Shown here piece by piece: positions 14,474-27,815 of a DNA stretch of 64,000 nucleotides (within the stretch, counting starts at the first letter, position 1; each line of letters begins with the position of its first letter). The position numbers and the translations under genes were made by a program. Below the pieces are notes generated by a model. That model was not told where the DNA came from, made no database searches, and saw only the letters and a list, made by a program, of their open reading frames with translations. Source of the stretch: Sphagnum compactum (taxonomy: Eukaryota); contig OZ234493.1 of NCBI GenBank assembly GCA_965153455.1, positions 18,962,213 to 19,026,212 on the forward strand. The letters are read 5' to 3'.

Positions 14474-15952
14474 GTGTATGTGAAGGAAGCACGGTAGATA
14501 GGTGGCGTGACGAGGGATCTTGCGAGATTGAGGCATGGTGAGGAAGGATTTGCATTTGGATGTGTTTAGGTGGAGGATCTGAAGAGCTTGTTGGAAGCCT
14601 ATATGCGTTGGCATGCGCGATTGCTACCCTACTACTCTTACTCTCAATTTGTTGCAAAAGTGGAGAAATTGGGTGCCAACAAGCGAGTTCGTGTATGTTC
14701 TTTTCCCCTCTACAGTTGCATTTCAAGCAGCATTGTACCTGTACTATTAGGTTCCTCATAATTCAAGGTTCAAGTAAGAAATACCATTGCACTTGATGGA
14801 AAATGCAGCAACCAGGCCCTAAACCCTAAACCCCATTTTGTTTAATAAGTGCTGTCTGGGGGGAAGGGGCCATTTATTGTGTCAACAGATGTGCATGAAG
14901 GAGCTCCGGGATCAAGTATCAAGAGGTGAGGAACTTCAAGTAGTGGATGGTGCCAATGATCAAGGAGGTTCTATGGACTTCAATGAAGATTTAATGCGTG
15001 ATCAAGGTTGGCTGTACTTCTTCTCAGATTTCTGTTCTAAAAAGTTTTAGGACCAGTGTGCAGGTTCTTTGGGCACAAAAGCTGTAATTGGTATTGGCTG
15101 CATTATTTGGTCTGAGTTGAGATTGAATCATGAGCAAATCCCGAGGAGCTGATTTCTCCAACTTTGAGAAAAGCTTGAGATTTAATCTTTTTTGTATGTC
15201 TTATGCAAATTGTGAGGGAGTGGGTTTGAGAATATCTTGACCAATCCACCAAGAGAGACAACTACATCAAAGAACATGCCCAATTCTGTGAAATTTGATA
15301 TCTCTTAAGGTAAAACTTGCAGAGGATAATCTAAAGGCCAGATATAAAACTAAATCAAGGCTCACATAGAGAGAATTTCCGGCTCTTTGAGCATTATCTG
15401 AATTGTAGAGGGTCCTCTACAGCCGCATCTGAAGATTCAGCTGGAACATGCAGGGGACTTACTTGGAGGGTGGGAGGATGGTGTTCATAGACCAGAGGAG
15501 CCTGCTGATCCACCACTTGATGTTTTGGATGAGTTTCTCCAACAGGTTCAGCCATTGCCCTTCAATAGCCCCCATGTTATATATACCCTGGTGTTGATTC
15601 CACATATCTGCTTCTGTAGCATCAAAGAACTTACTGGTTGGATCTGGGTGATTGTTAGCAGGCTGCAGAAGAAAGTGCTTACAGACAGGAAAAGCCTCAA
15701 GATCTCCATGTTGAGTCTACCAAGCGCAAATTGATAGTGGGTGAAGGAATTGAAGACAGTCAGCAGGAGATTCAAGAACAACATTGTGTTCATGTGGAGT
15801 CTACCAAGCTCAGACTAACAGTAGGTGAAGAAGGAACAAAAGAGAGTGAGCAGGAGATTCAACAACAACAGCGTGCTCGCATGGAGGCTAACAAGCTCAA
15901 AGCACTTGAGCGAGCTCGTGCTCGTGCTCTTGCCAGTTCAGCTCAAGGTTAG
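14038..15952 (+). CDS. TIPIN: TIPIN/Swi3/Csm3 replication fork protection protein with N-terminal CCHC zinc knuckle
   Basis: Zinc knuckle CYKCRGKGHWARDC. Swi3 domain PKLTPDLLLSREGLGYV...KGRGHE|VEDLKSLLEAYMRWHARLLPYYSYSQFVAKVEKLG. C-terminal QRARMEANKLKALERAR. Exons about 14038-14382, 14570-14692, 14889-15006, 15409-15545, 15662-15952, all GT-AG and in frame. Confidence 0.88.
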
Positions 15953-17520
15953 CATGCCACTAATTGATGCACATTTTTCAACACTAGATTAAAGACAGAA
16001 GAACGATGCAATCACAGGGAGCTCACCTAGTTGGATGCCACAGTTTGACATACTAAATACTTGAGACAACTGTTTTGAGAGAAGATAACAGAATGAGACC
16101 ATCAGATTGTGTGCCCGGAAGTTGTAAAATTTCCATGCCATGATTTTATTCATTTCTCTTCCTACACTGCTGTTATGTCACAAGATGTGCCCCAAGTTGA
16201 CCAATCTAGTGAGAAGATGGAGATGATGTCACATGTACATGCCTTACTAGAGAATGAGCTTTCGCATGAATCACATTTTCGTCAGACTCTTGCATGTTTT
16301 TTCCAGGGTTTGAGCTTTCTGAAGAAAATCTCTGATCTGAACAAGTTAATTGGATCCACTTTGCCCCATTTTCAATGATATAAGGGAAGACCTCTTGCAT
16401 CCGTAGATCTAAGAAATTGAGAGCCAATTTGAATTTAACCAACAAATCACGTTTGTGTGATTGTGGAGTTTACAGTCCAGAGTGCCATTCTTCTTCCATA
16501 AGGAAAATCGTGTAATGACACACATGCCAAATGTAAGGTAAAACTAGAAATCGAGAAGAATACACCAGGCCATGGATAGGAGTCTGCCTGCAATTGGTGA
16601 GAAAAGATGTGATACTTTGCACAGCCTTTGAAAATCTCGTCGATTCACAAGCAGTCAAGAAGGGTAACATATCTTGTCATGAGGAGAATAATGCAGCAGA
16701 TGTAGAATTTCCCATGAAGATATTTGCAAAAAGTCTTTGTGATTGAGCTTGCAAAATTACACAACCTGCTTCAAAACAGATACAATACCATAAAATCACA
16801 CTCATCAGTGGAAGTCTCAGATAATGTTCCATGGCACAAGGCAATTGGTGACAGTCAGATATATTTGCAACCGCTAGTCCATAGTCAAGTCTGCAGATTT
16901 CCAGTGTCTACAGTTGGCAACCAAGCATGGAATTGTTGACAATTATCACCACCCAGCATGGTCATGTATTGCAGATCCAAAATGATATTGGTTTCGAGCT
17001 ATGGCAATTCCATATTTGAGGCACTGCTTGTTGAAATGTCAAAGCAAAACAGTTCAATGTTGCACAAATGCACTTCATGATTATGCTCTGGACAGGTTTA
17101 ATGAAAGGGGAAAAATCCCTTCCAAAGAGTTGGTCAGCTTCTGATGATTGAAACGCAGAACAATAACCATTTTACAGTGACTAGACAAAAACCCTTTGAA
17201 GGAAAATCAACACTGGAAGGTACCACCACATGCAGAATGCAGCTCGCCATCTCCTGATGATATCACCACCAGTGATAAAAATTCCTCCATACTTAATTTT
17301 CAGATCAACCTGAATAAAATTGAGAGATAACCCAATAACAAGGCTAAAGGTATCCAACTTCTCCTGATGATAAACCACATTCTGAGGGGCCTGAAAGGAA
17401 TAGGTAGATGGAGCTTCAGCCATACAGGGATTATTGTTGCTAAGATTTCACCCTAAGGCCCACAGTATAAATGAGCTGATATGTTTTCTCAAAGAATTTA
17501 ACCCCAGCTTCTTCAAAGGA

Positions 17521-20500
17521 TTACTCATCATCAGAGTCGCCAAAGGTGATCTTAGTGGCCTTAGCAGAATCAACACCAATTTCTTTGAAGTGTGCACCAT
17601 ACAGCTTAGATTCCTGCAAACCCCCACATGTGATGATGATGACCCAAAATTAAAGATAGCAGGGCGAGAGACATTTCCTGTGACCAATTTGTAAAGACTT
17701 GTAGCTTACATAAAATCACATAACGGGGTGGGCCAACATTACCTAATACCAACTCTGACACTTTACCCAAAAACATTGGTGCCCTGAACAGACTTGCCAA
17801 GTGAAGGTCCTGTGGTTTTGAACCTCTTGATTACCGAGAAACAGGGGAGAGGACACTTGTGAATGAGACCTAGGTGTAACACCAAAAGCAGACTGTAATC
17901 GCATTTGTGAACTACATTGAAGGTCATTGATGCAAACCTTCTTCTTGACATGGGTGCCAAACTTCAGAAGCTCTTCTGGCACTGTCTGGCCTGCCTCTCT
18001 GAGAACATTCACAAGCTCTCCTGACCTTGCCTGCATATTGCATTAAAGTGGGACAATCTTCTCAGAAAGTTAGACTGATAAAAACAGCTGACCATTTCTC
18101 CCTGTCAAAAGCCTACCCTTTCTCTTCAAGATATGTAACTTTTCCTGCTCAGCAACAAAATAAACAAGGTGCTTGCTCAAATGTAGCACATAAGTCAAAC
18201 AAAAGTGAGGAACAACACAATGAGGTGAGGAATACATTCATACTCGATCAGTTTGTGTGAAGAATGTATGAGCTATGCCCTTCCTCCCTGCTCTACCTGT
18301 TCGCCCTATTCGGTGTACATAGTCTTCTGTGGTCAAAGGAAAGCTGTAGTTTATGACATATTCCACATCAGGGATGTCAAGCCCTCTTGCTGCAACATCT
18401 GTTGCAATCTACAAAACCAAATACCCATCAAATAGTGAGCCAAAATAGGAAAATACTCTTCAAGAACCACATAGAAAAACAAGAAAATTCATCACTGCCT
18501 ATGTCATAAGGAAAATTCTCAAACAATAGTTATGGTTTCAAGAGATCACCAAAAGAGGGCGTGTTCCATCTTTGAAGGAGTTTACTGCTTTAGTGCGGTC
18601 AGCCTGGGTTTTATCCCCATGCACTGCAGACACTTTCCACCCACTGCAGAAAAAAACAGCACATTACAAATCAATTACAAGTAAACAAAGCTCATGACAT
18701 AGTCAACAAGGGTGTGAAGATTGGTATTGCCAGTCTTGAAAGTAAACACTTAGCACATGGCCCCATGTCTGCAGTTTTTGTGCAAAAAGACCCAAATGCC
18801 AACTCCAACACAAAAGTTATACTCTCTCACAATTAGCTTCCTAGCCTGACATTAAATCAAATTAAACTGTTTGTTGATATAGAAAACTGAAAAGAACAAG
18901 GGTGCATACTGCCTACCGTCTTTGCAGAGAATTCTCAACACGGTCTGCCTCTTTCTTGTAGAGTACAAACACCAAAACCCGGTTCCTGCACAATTCACCA
19001 AGTTACAGCTCAGAGGAGGTGCAGCAAAACCAAACGCTCTTCTACTTGACAAGTAAATTTACCAGCATATGACCTCTTCCATACCTGGGAGCACAAACCA
19101 AGCGGAGAGTTGCCAGTTGGGAAGGAAACAAGAATGGAAATTAATCTTACGTTCGTGATTTGTGATACTTTTGAAGAAGAGAATCAAGACGTGCATCTCG
19201 AGCTCTATCTTCCAATACCTGCCAAGTCCACCAACACAGACCCTTAAGCTTCTCTCAACTCAATTAAATTCCCTTTCAGAATTTCCAAATACTGTTCTAT
19301 TGCTGTCCTAGTGAAAATTCAAAAACAATATCCATGTTCACTAGTGTCAAATTAGAAACCCCGATTCCACAAATCATTGTTGTCTTCTCATACCTCAACA
19401 ATTTGTGTCACATCATGATTTGCAGCCAAATCTTGTGATCCTACCATAACCTGCATGTTCATCATATACAAGTCAGCAACACACCAGATAACTGGACCAA
19501 GCTCTCATAATGGGGGGAAAAGAAGGTGGATGCTATTTTGTGGAAGAGAGCAGCAAACCACAGAAGAGAGAGAAGCTAGAAGACCTTGACTGGGCTGGGG
19601 TCATTCATGAATTCTCTTGCCAGCTGATCAACAGCCAAAGGCCAAGTTGCACTGAACATCACCGTCTGCCTAACTGCACCCATCTCAAATACATTGAACC
19701 AACTGTGAGAAAACCTGACCCACAATAGTACAATTAAAGGCACTTTGAAGGCTTGCAGATCAAACATTACTTTGAAAGTAAATAGGTTACAGTCAAAACT
19801 ATGGAACACAGACATACTTATAACAGAACATGGAGATAACCAGATCAACAGGTTTCTGGGTGACCTGACATTTCCTGCTAGTTACTTGATGGAGACATTT
19901 GTGCACTATACTCCTAGTGTCTTCTTGTGAAGCGTGAAGCTTACTTTTTGAGGTCTTGCTAATGATAGCACGAATGGCTGGCTCAAAACCCAAGTCTAAC
20001 ATCCGATCTGCCTCATCCAAAACCTGGAAACCCTCATGCAAAACCAATGTCAGATATTCATCTGTGAAGAATGTTTGCAGGTGGTATTGCACAGGAATAT
20101 CCATATGCAAAACACAAAAGCCTTAAGTTCTGTTTGAGTAGGCAGTAAATGGGTTCAAGAGCTTAGGATGGATACAAACCAAATAAGACACTTGATCCAA
20201 TGAGCAAACACCTTCCTCCATCAAGTCTTGAAGCCTTCCTGGTGTTGCAATAATAATTGTCTGTCAATATGAGTAACCAGACCCACAATCAGTGTCAAAC
20301 ATCAAATACCATTCTCCAAGTCACAATCATGATCTTGGATGGATGTTCAACTGTCTCTACCTCTTGCACAAAGAGGCAATTATTTTTATTAACAGCTCTA
20401 CAGTTCAGGTTCAAGATTGAAATTCCACTGTTTGGCATTATGATTCAATACTTACCGCACCAGCTCTCAGTGCAGACCTTTGAGGTCCCTTTGAAGTCCC

Positions 20501-21856
20501 ACCATATATACAGGCAGTCTTCACCCCACATCCACTCCCTGCCTCCTCCAATACATCTGCAATCTGCAAACACCAACTTGAGGTTCAGTAGCTGAAATCA
20601 ACTTCCAACAGAGAGTGACATACTCACCAAGAGAGAGCACAGAATCTCAAATCTCCTGATAGAGCTTGAAGAAACTAGGGATTAGTTGCATTAGTTACAT
20701 TAGTTGCACAAATCCATGCAGGGTCATACAAACTGCAGCAAGGAATTTCAGAAGAGAGTACTGGGGAGGACACATAAGAGGAATAATAAAATGCAATAGA
20801 CTAGCAAGTGAAGGGGAGTCACCTGTTGTGCCAACTCTCGAGTTGGTGACAATACAAGACAAAGGGGTGTAGTTGCTTTCTTCTCCTTCTTCTTCTTCAA
20901 CACATGTGTCATTGCAGGAATCCCAAATGCCAGTGTCTTACCTGCACTGCATTGAACGACAAGATACCAAAAAGTATCTTGTCCTGACATATGAGTGGAG
21001 AGGTAAAGTGGGAAGAAGAGAGCCGAATTTTTTTTTGCACTGGATCCCACAGGACTTTAATCATGTGTTTAAGACATTGCACTGTTGGACATGTGATGTA
21101 GTTAATCTGCACTTGAACTCCTCCCTCTTGATAGCAAAGGACACACACAAGACACGCTACGTTTGTACTTGAAGAGCAAGAAGAAATTCTCCGTCAACAC
21201 TGAAACTCGCATGGATTCTAGGGGCAGATGGCTGATGCAGTTTCATTCCCGCACCCATTTACATGTCACAAGAGCGAAGAAAGACAGAGGACAAAAGAAT
21301 GCGAACCGGAGCCAGTGGCGGCAATCCCGACAAGATCACGTCCCGCCAACAAGAAAGGCCAAGCATGCGACTGAATCGGCGACGGCTTAGCAAAGGTTTT
21401 ACAGCACTCCAACACACTTGTTGGTACACCCTCAAGATCAAAACTCTCCAGAGGCGCGAACTTGGGATCAGCACTGCCATTACCAGAAACCGTAACGCAG
21501 AGCTGCGCTTCTGCAGTTCCTCTCACTACCGCAGTTTCCTCAGCTCCCGTACTGAGGTTCTTCTTCAAACTCCTGTTGTCATCCACGTCCCGTTCCTTTT
21601 TCTCCTTCATCTGCTTCTTCTTCTTTTTCTTCACAGGTTCTTCAACTTCTGTGTCAGCCTCTTGTGCAGATTCCTCCCTTTGTTCCTTCTTCTTTTTCTT
21701 GCTTGAATCATTGCTCACTTCTTCTTGTTCAAAGCGTTTCTCCTCAACCTCTCTCTTCTTTTTCTTCATCTTCTTCTTGTTAGAAATTTGGTCAGACAAG
21801 GATTCCTCCGCTCCTTTCATCGCCAGGACCTTTACCTCCTTCTCCTTCCCCCCCAT
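17521..21856 (-). CDS. RH5: DEAD-box RNA helicase of the DBP3/RH5 (STRS1) family, multi-exon
   Basis: Lys/Glu-rich N-terminus, then [72 protein letters not shown], and the C-terminus [21 protein letters not shown]...[10 protein letters not shown]. Exon 1 is 21856-21307; the last exon ends at 17521. Confidence 0.93.
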
Positions 21857-21999
21857 TGTCCTTAACTTCTTAAATCAACTCCGATCTCCTGCAACTGCGC
21901 GAGATCCAAAAATACCCGCAGCAAAACACGCAACTCTCTCCCTCTCTCTCTTTCTGTCTCTGTAAAACAGAGGCTATGAAACGAAGGGATGCAACAGAA

Positions 22000-22056
22000 T
22001 TAGGGTTTTCGAAAATTAGGGTTTCTTGACTTAGGGTTTGTTTCAATTAGGGTTTT
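22000..22056 (-). promoter_or_regulatory. Cluster of four telo-boxes (AAACCCTAA) upstream of the RH5 gene
   Basis: ttagggttt occurs four times within about 60 bp, roughly 150-200 bp upstream of the ATG. Telo-boxes are typical of plant ribosome-biogenesis genes. Confidence 0.75.
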
Positions 22057-24613
22057 AGAGAAGAGAAAGCCCCCACTTTAACTTGCATTAGAAGAGAACC
22101 CGTTCCCCATTATTGGAACGTGGGAATGCTCATTGCAACCTATGTCGGTTCTTTGCCCCCAAATTTAAATAAATAAATAAATAAATATTATGACTGCCTT
22201 TCATAATCCACAATTTTTGTTAAATATTCAACCCTGGACAACCCCAATTTGAGTACCACTTCAGAAATTTTTACAAAGGCCAGCTTACATTTCTAACCGT
22301 CCTACGCATAACAATTGATTGGGAACAGCGTTATTTTTGGGTGAATTTTTGGACTATGGTGACATTTTTTCTTTTTTGGGAAAATTCTTGTTTTAAAGTG
22401 CAAATTCAAAAAAATACTAAAACTTTTGGAAAAATATGTCAAACTTTTGAAATCACAAAATTGAAAGAAAAAAATCCATTCCGTCAAAACATGGTCCTTT
22501 TCAATTATGTTAGTTATTTATGTCATTTTTAGTCCAATCAAACTTGTCGCTTATATCATTTCTAATCATTTATGCTATGTGTAATTGTATTGATTTAATA
22601 ATGGATGCTATGTTTTGATATAGCAATTTGATTGAAGATTCGATTTGGGAAAAAAAATTTGATCAAATTAGTTCAATTTTTTTTCGTCTTTCAAATTTCC
22701 CTTATTATTTAACATCGAACATCAATGATGATGTACAATATCAAGAATTGGTCCAAACGTAAACGATATCAACTCTAATTAATCAATACAAAATTGTGTT
22801 AAATAAAAAGTAAAATGATACATTATATAACCCTAAAATCTAATTACATATTTAATTTAATATGTAATGTTGTAATGTGAAAGCCCCAAAAGAACAAACT
22901 GGATAGGTCTCTCTAGGTTAAAAGGTGAGAGAAAAAATTAAACTTGGTTTTCCCCAATATGAAGAGACATTGTTGGGAAACAAAATTTGTTGTCATGAGC
23001 ATTTTTTAAACCAAAATTTGGTTGTATACTTTCACAAGCTTGAAACTATCGCAATAAGATACGTTCATATTAGAGAAATTAGCAAAGTGACCTTACCTTT
23101 GGGCCTTTGTTTGAACCCTAAATTCCTTCTTTCAATTTTAAACATTGTAATTCATAAAATAAAATTTGTTTATTTATTGAATATGGTTCTAAAATATTGA
23201 AAACACAACATCAATACATTTAATGCACAAGATTCGAGATAAATTATAGCAATAATACACATAATAACAATTAAAATTCAAAAAATATGAAAGATGAAAG
23301 GAACTCAAATTACTATTAAATTGAGTGGTAAATTAAATTTTCTTCCTTATTTAATAGCTATGTATTTAAAAAATATTACATTTGGTTTATGACCAAACTC
23401 CAAGTATTAAAGGCATGATTATTTCATAACATATATTTTAAATGGCTATGAGTTTTTTTTTGGGGTGAAAAGTTGTCAAAAGGTGACACACATGTCCGAA
23501 AAGGATTGTGGAATCAAGTAAAGCACATGTTGTTCTATTTAACATTTCACAGGTGCAAGGTGTCATTGAATGAAAGTTGTTGATGATGAGGCAATTTTGT
23601 GATCTTTGAGAGTGAGTCTTGACAAAACTATCAAGAAGTTAGATGTTTTGTCTATTTAAGAAGAATGTAGAATGTTGAGTCTTGGCAAAACTATCAAGAA
23701 GTTAGATGTTTTGTGTGTTTAAAAAGAATGTAGAATGTTGACACAAGTAAAGAATTTGACTTTTGGATTTTTTTACATGTGAATTTTTTTATAAGGGGGT
23801 GTTTTGAACTTTGCGGTTCGAATTTTGATGAGTTTAGTTTGTTGGCTTTACCTATTGACATTGTTTTGAGGTTTTGTGAAGGCATTCCAAAAATTGAACA
23901 ATAGACATAACCTATTGTTCTGTAGATTGGCATTGGCTTGTAGTTGATTGCCCAATTTTTATGTGATTGAAACTTTAAAAAAGCTTGTTTGTCGATGTCC
24001 ATTTGAGTGGCTTGGTGAGAAATCAGGTCCACATCCATTGTTTCTAGGTCTTAAGCCTAGGTGGAAGCTTTTTGATGTGGTATGGTTTATGACTATTCCT
24101 ATTGGTTGTAACTACCTTTGTCTGATTGTGGACAAGTTGACCACTGATTTTCTTGATTACACAAAAAATTAGTCAAACAAAACAAGCCAAGGTGTTGGAA
24201 TTACAAGAATGTAAAAGGCATTTGTATCTTGTGAATACAGTATGGAAGTAAGAGGCCATAGGGACCCTATTTCATATGGCAAGTAAATTTCTGAACCTTT
24301 TTTAAAAATTTATTTGAATTTGTTTGATTTTTTTGAAGTGGCAAATATTTGTTCTTGTAGGTATAAACAAATTGACAAACATATACACAATAGAGCAATG
24401 GAGCGGATTAATTATGGTGAGTTCAGATCTGGCCAGTTATTGCATTTCGAAGAGGCTTGAGGAGAAGGCTATGTATGAAAAGACTAAGGTAGGTGGATGA
24501 AGTGGTTAGTGACTTGTTGTCTTTTGTTTTTGGCTTTTTTTGTGTTTGCTTTCCTTATATAGTTTTTGATTTTGCAGGTTTACAGTGATTTTGTTGAAGA
24601 AATGCATTTTGAT

Positions 24614-24700
24614 ATTGTTGGTGGTATTGGTGTTGTGTTTGTTGGTGGTATTGGTGTTGTATTTGTTGGTGGTATTGGTGCTGTGTTTGATGGTGTGGCT
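24614..24700. repeat. 24-bp minisatellite (gttggtggtattggtgttgtgttt) x3-4
   Basis: Direct reading of the sequence. Confidence 0.7.
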
Positions 24701-25163
24701 GGAGGTTCTTCTATACTTCGGGTTCACGATTCTTCCATTGTTGTTACATTTGGAGGACCTCCTTCTAATATTCACTTGGTGTTTCATTTTTTAATTACAG
24801 TTTTAGTTATTTGCACCATTGTTGGCTCTGCAAATCAGGTCAAGTTCCTAATGCATTTGGTGTTGGTTCTATGGATCGAGGTAAGAGTGGTGCAAGTTGT
24901 AGATTTTGGCATTGATGGGTTGTAAATTTTGGCATTGACGGATCTAGCAAATTTGGATCTGTGATGGATTTAGAAGATTCATGTGGAACACCATGTTTGA
25001 AAAAGAGCTACTCAAGTATAAGGATCAATTGGATACCATTTTTTCACATCGTCCTCTCGAGACAATCAATGTTAACATTGCCTCTGGCCATGTCTTTAGT
25101 CATTTGCAGAATTGCCCTATTAACATTACATATGTAGTTGATCCTAAGTCTCTCCCCAATTTA

Positions 25164-25280
25164 AGGTAGGAAATCTGGAAGGCTCTCTATCCAGAACTGT
25201 TCCTCTTACGAATCCTTTACTTTGTACATCTGATTTCATATATAAGGTTCAATATAGAGAGCCTTCCAGATTTCCTACCT
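25164..25280. repeat. Perfect 27-bp inverted repeat with 63-nt loop
   Basis: aggtaggaaatctggaaggctctctat (25164-25190) and atagagagccttccagatttcctacct (25254-25280). Confidence 0.9.
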
Positions 25281-25570
25281 CCCTTGGCTTACCAGCCTCA
25301 AGGATCTCCAATCTGAAAGACATGTGAAGGTTCTAGGCATGTGAAGGGTCCATTACCGGCCTCAGGAATCTCCAAGGCCCTCCATGTGGAACTGTTTTCT
25401 ACCTCCTTGGCTTCCCGGCCTCAGGAATCTCCAAGGCCCTCTATATGGAACCGGCCTTGGGGATCTCCAAGCTGAAAAGCATGTGAAGGCTTCCATATAA
25501 AGGGTCTTCCAGATTTTCTATGTCCCTTGGCCTACTAGCCTTGGGGATCTCAAAGCTGAAAGGCCCTCTG
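25262..25570 (+). repeat. Degenerate direct repeats (ccttggcttaccggcctcaggaatctccaag) x5
   Basis: The core recurs at about 25282, 25355, 25405, 25450 and 25525. Confidence 0.7.
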
Positions 25571-27013
25571 TATGGGACGTTCTCCTATACTTCATGTTTA
25601 CAGGATTTGTCAAATCGACCTGTATTTCTTGTGACAAAGAAAAACTCAATTGTTTCACTCAATTTGATCTGAAGAACAACCTGTTGCACTCATACAAATC
25701 TTCCAAGGAACTGAAGAACAACCTTGAGGTATTGTGTACTCAAATCTTTTAACATTTTGGTAAAGAGATGTAAGCTTTTGGGCTGTACAAATAGGATTCA
25801 TCAACCACATCCACTGTTTCAGATGGGTTGTCTTGCACCCCATTCACCAAAGAAACAATTCCTTTATGCACATTAAGTATGACTGTATATGCCACAGAAA
25901 TTGACAATCAGCGCTGGGATGTGCAGTAAGAAGCTCTCTCTCTCGTGTCGACAAATCTTACCTGTGAAACTGCAAAAACCTGAATGCAGCTTCATATCAA
26001 GACAGCTTCAGATCAAGTGACCAACAATGTACTACACTTCCTCCTTTCAAAGCCGCTGTTAAAGGACTGTGTCTAGTTGAGGGAAGTAAAGCAGTTCCTT
26101 AAATTGCTCTTGCGAGCCCATCAAGGAACTGTGAACGACAACAAACCTTGATGTGTACCGTTGCATTATTATGCCTGTTTTTGCAATGAATGACAAACCA
26201 CATGAAAAAACGCCGAAAGATAAAAGGAAGCTTGGTACCAACGTCCCCAAACCCCCCCAGAAAAGAAAAGAAAGCAAGAAAGCAAGGAAATCTCGGAAGA
26301 AACAATAACGAGAGCTTGGGCTTCATCACTCAAACGAAAAGAAGTTTCTGATGCAAAAGTACAAAACACCAAAAGCTTGCAGCCAGACAGTTCGAATCTA
26401 CTTACATGGTTAACAGGGATCCCCGACATCGCTAAACAGCTACAAAGGAGAAAGACGGACAAAACCAAACCGAACTACCAAGACACAGAACGAAAGGATC
26501 TGAAGAGAAAACAACTTGATAGGTACACAACGAGAGAAGGAGAACCTAAGCTCCGTTAGAACTGAAATTTCAAGCAAGCAAAAGAACTTAGCATTGCAGC
26601 AGAAGAAACCTCAAGGTAAATCATGCAGTGGTTTTGAACCAGGGGCCGCCGCCGCCATTTGGCGCCAGGATTAGGGTTTACAAAAAGAAGGGTTTCATTG
26701 TCGTCCATCCACATCCAAACCAAGTGTGAAGGTACAACAAGAGCAGAGAGATTCCAGACTTCCCAGTTTCAATCCCAGTGGAAGGCTTGCACATGCTATG
26801 ACTACCCACGGGTTGCAATCGTCAATAATTTCTGGGTTGTTGCAATTCTCAACCCTGAAGAGCAACATGCTCTCTACTATAGATTGTAGTGATGTGCTGG
26901 TCTGCAGCAGCTGCAGCCGCAAAGCTTGAAAAGCCATAAAAAGAACAATATTCCACCAAGTGTGGAGTCCAAAAAAAATCTGCAATAATGGTTGTTGACA
27001 CCTGCTGCCAGGA

Positions 27014-27016
<3 letters not shown>

Positions 27017-27063
<47 letters not shown>
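27017..27063. repeat. (GA)n microsatellite
   Basis: Direct reading of the sequence. Confidence 0.95.
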
Positions 27064-27065
<2 letters not shown>

Positions 27066-27815
27066 GCAGATCAGGCCTGATTCTCCCAGTGACCCAGGGA
27101 AAATTCAGATCATCATCGGCAAATTGATCTAGAAGAGAGATGCTTGCTTGCTCTCATCAATCACCATTTCAGGAAGATCATTGCTGTCTTCTCTTCCTCC
27201 CTCCCTCCCTTTTTCCTTTTGTTCTACAGCAAAATTCTCAACTGCAATTCAACACAAAACATCTACAATTGTCGTTTGTCGTTTCACGCGACTTCAAATC
27301 CGTGAATGCCTTCGGCTCGCAAATTTTCTGGGGTACGATTTTGCTTCAAACTGCATCGCAAATGGAGCCCATTTGCGAAAGTTACGAGCGAGATCAGACA
27401 TGCACCCACACAAAACCAGCTCCTTTCTTTTGCCCCCGAAAGACTCGGTTACGTCGCCTTGAACCTCTTGAATTCTCCATCACAGTAAAGAGAGGATTTC
27501 AATAGGTGGAGGAGAGAACTTGGGACGTCCATCGTTTCTTCTCTCTCTCTTACTCACTCATGATCACGCAGGAAACTGCGTTTGGATCATACAAACCCTC
27601 TTCCCATCCCTGTTGTTGATGTTTCCTTCCTGTCTTGCTCCATGCACTTCCTATTGCTCCAGGTATCAACACATTTGGCCGGTCATCTCTCAAGTCTCTG
27701 CTTGTTGTGACTATAAAATTCTGTAGCAATTGTTGCAAAATTTTGCAAGTTTTTGGAGAGGTAAGAGTAGTGATCCATGTGGCAACTGGGAAACAGAAAA
27801 ACAATCTGAAGAAGC

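Noticed and set aside
14816-14834. ccctaaaccctaaaccc telomere-like repeat in a TIPIN intron
   Set aside because: Only about 2.5 units; at most a telo-box, not an interstitial telomere.
21263-21965. Plus-strand Phe/Ser/Leu-rich ORFs
   Set aside because: Antisense to the Lys/Glu-rich first exon of RH5.
25650-26700. Possible minus-strand small gene or snoRNA host (telo-box next to ATGGCGGCGGCG at about 26658)
   Set aside because: The ORF closes after 15 codons and I found no paired C/D boxes, so there is not enough support.
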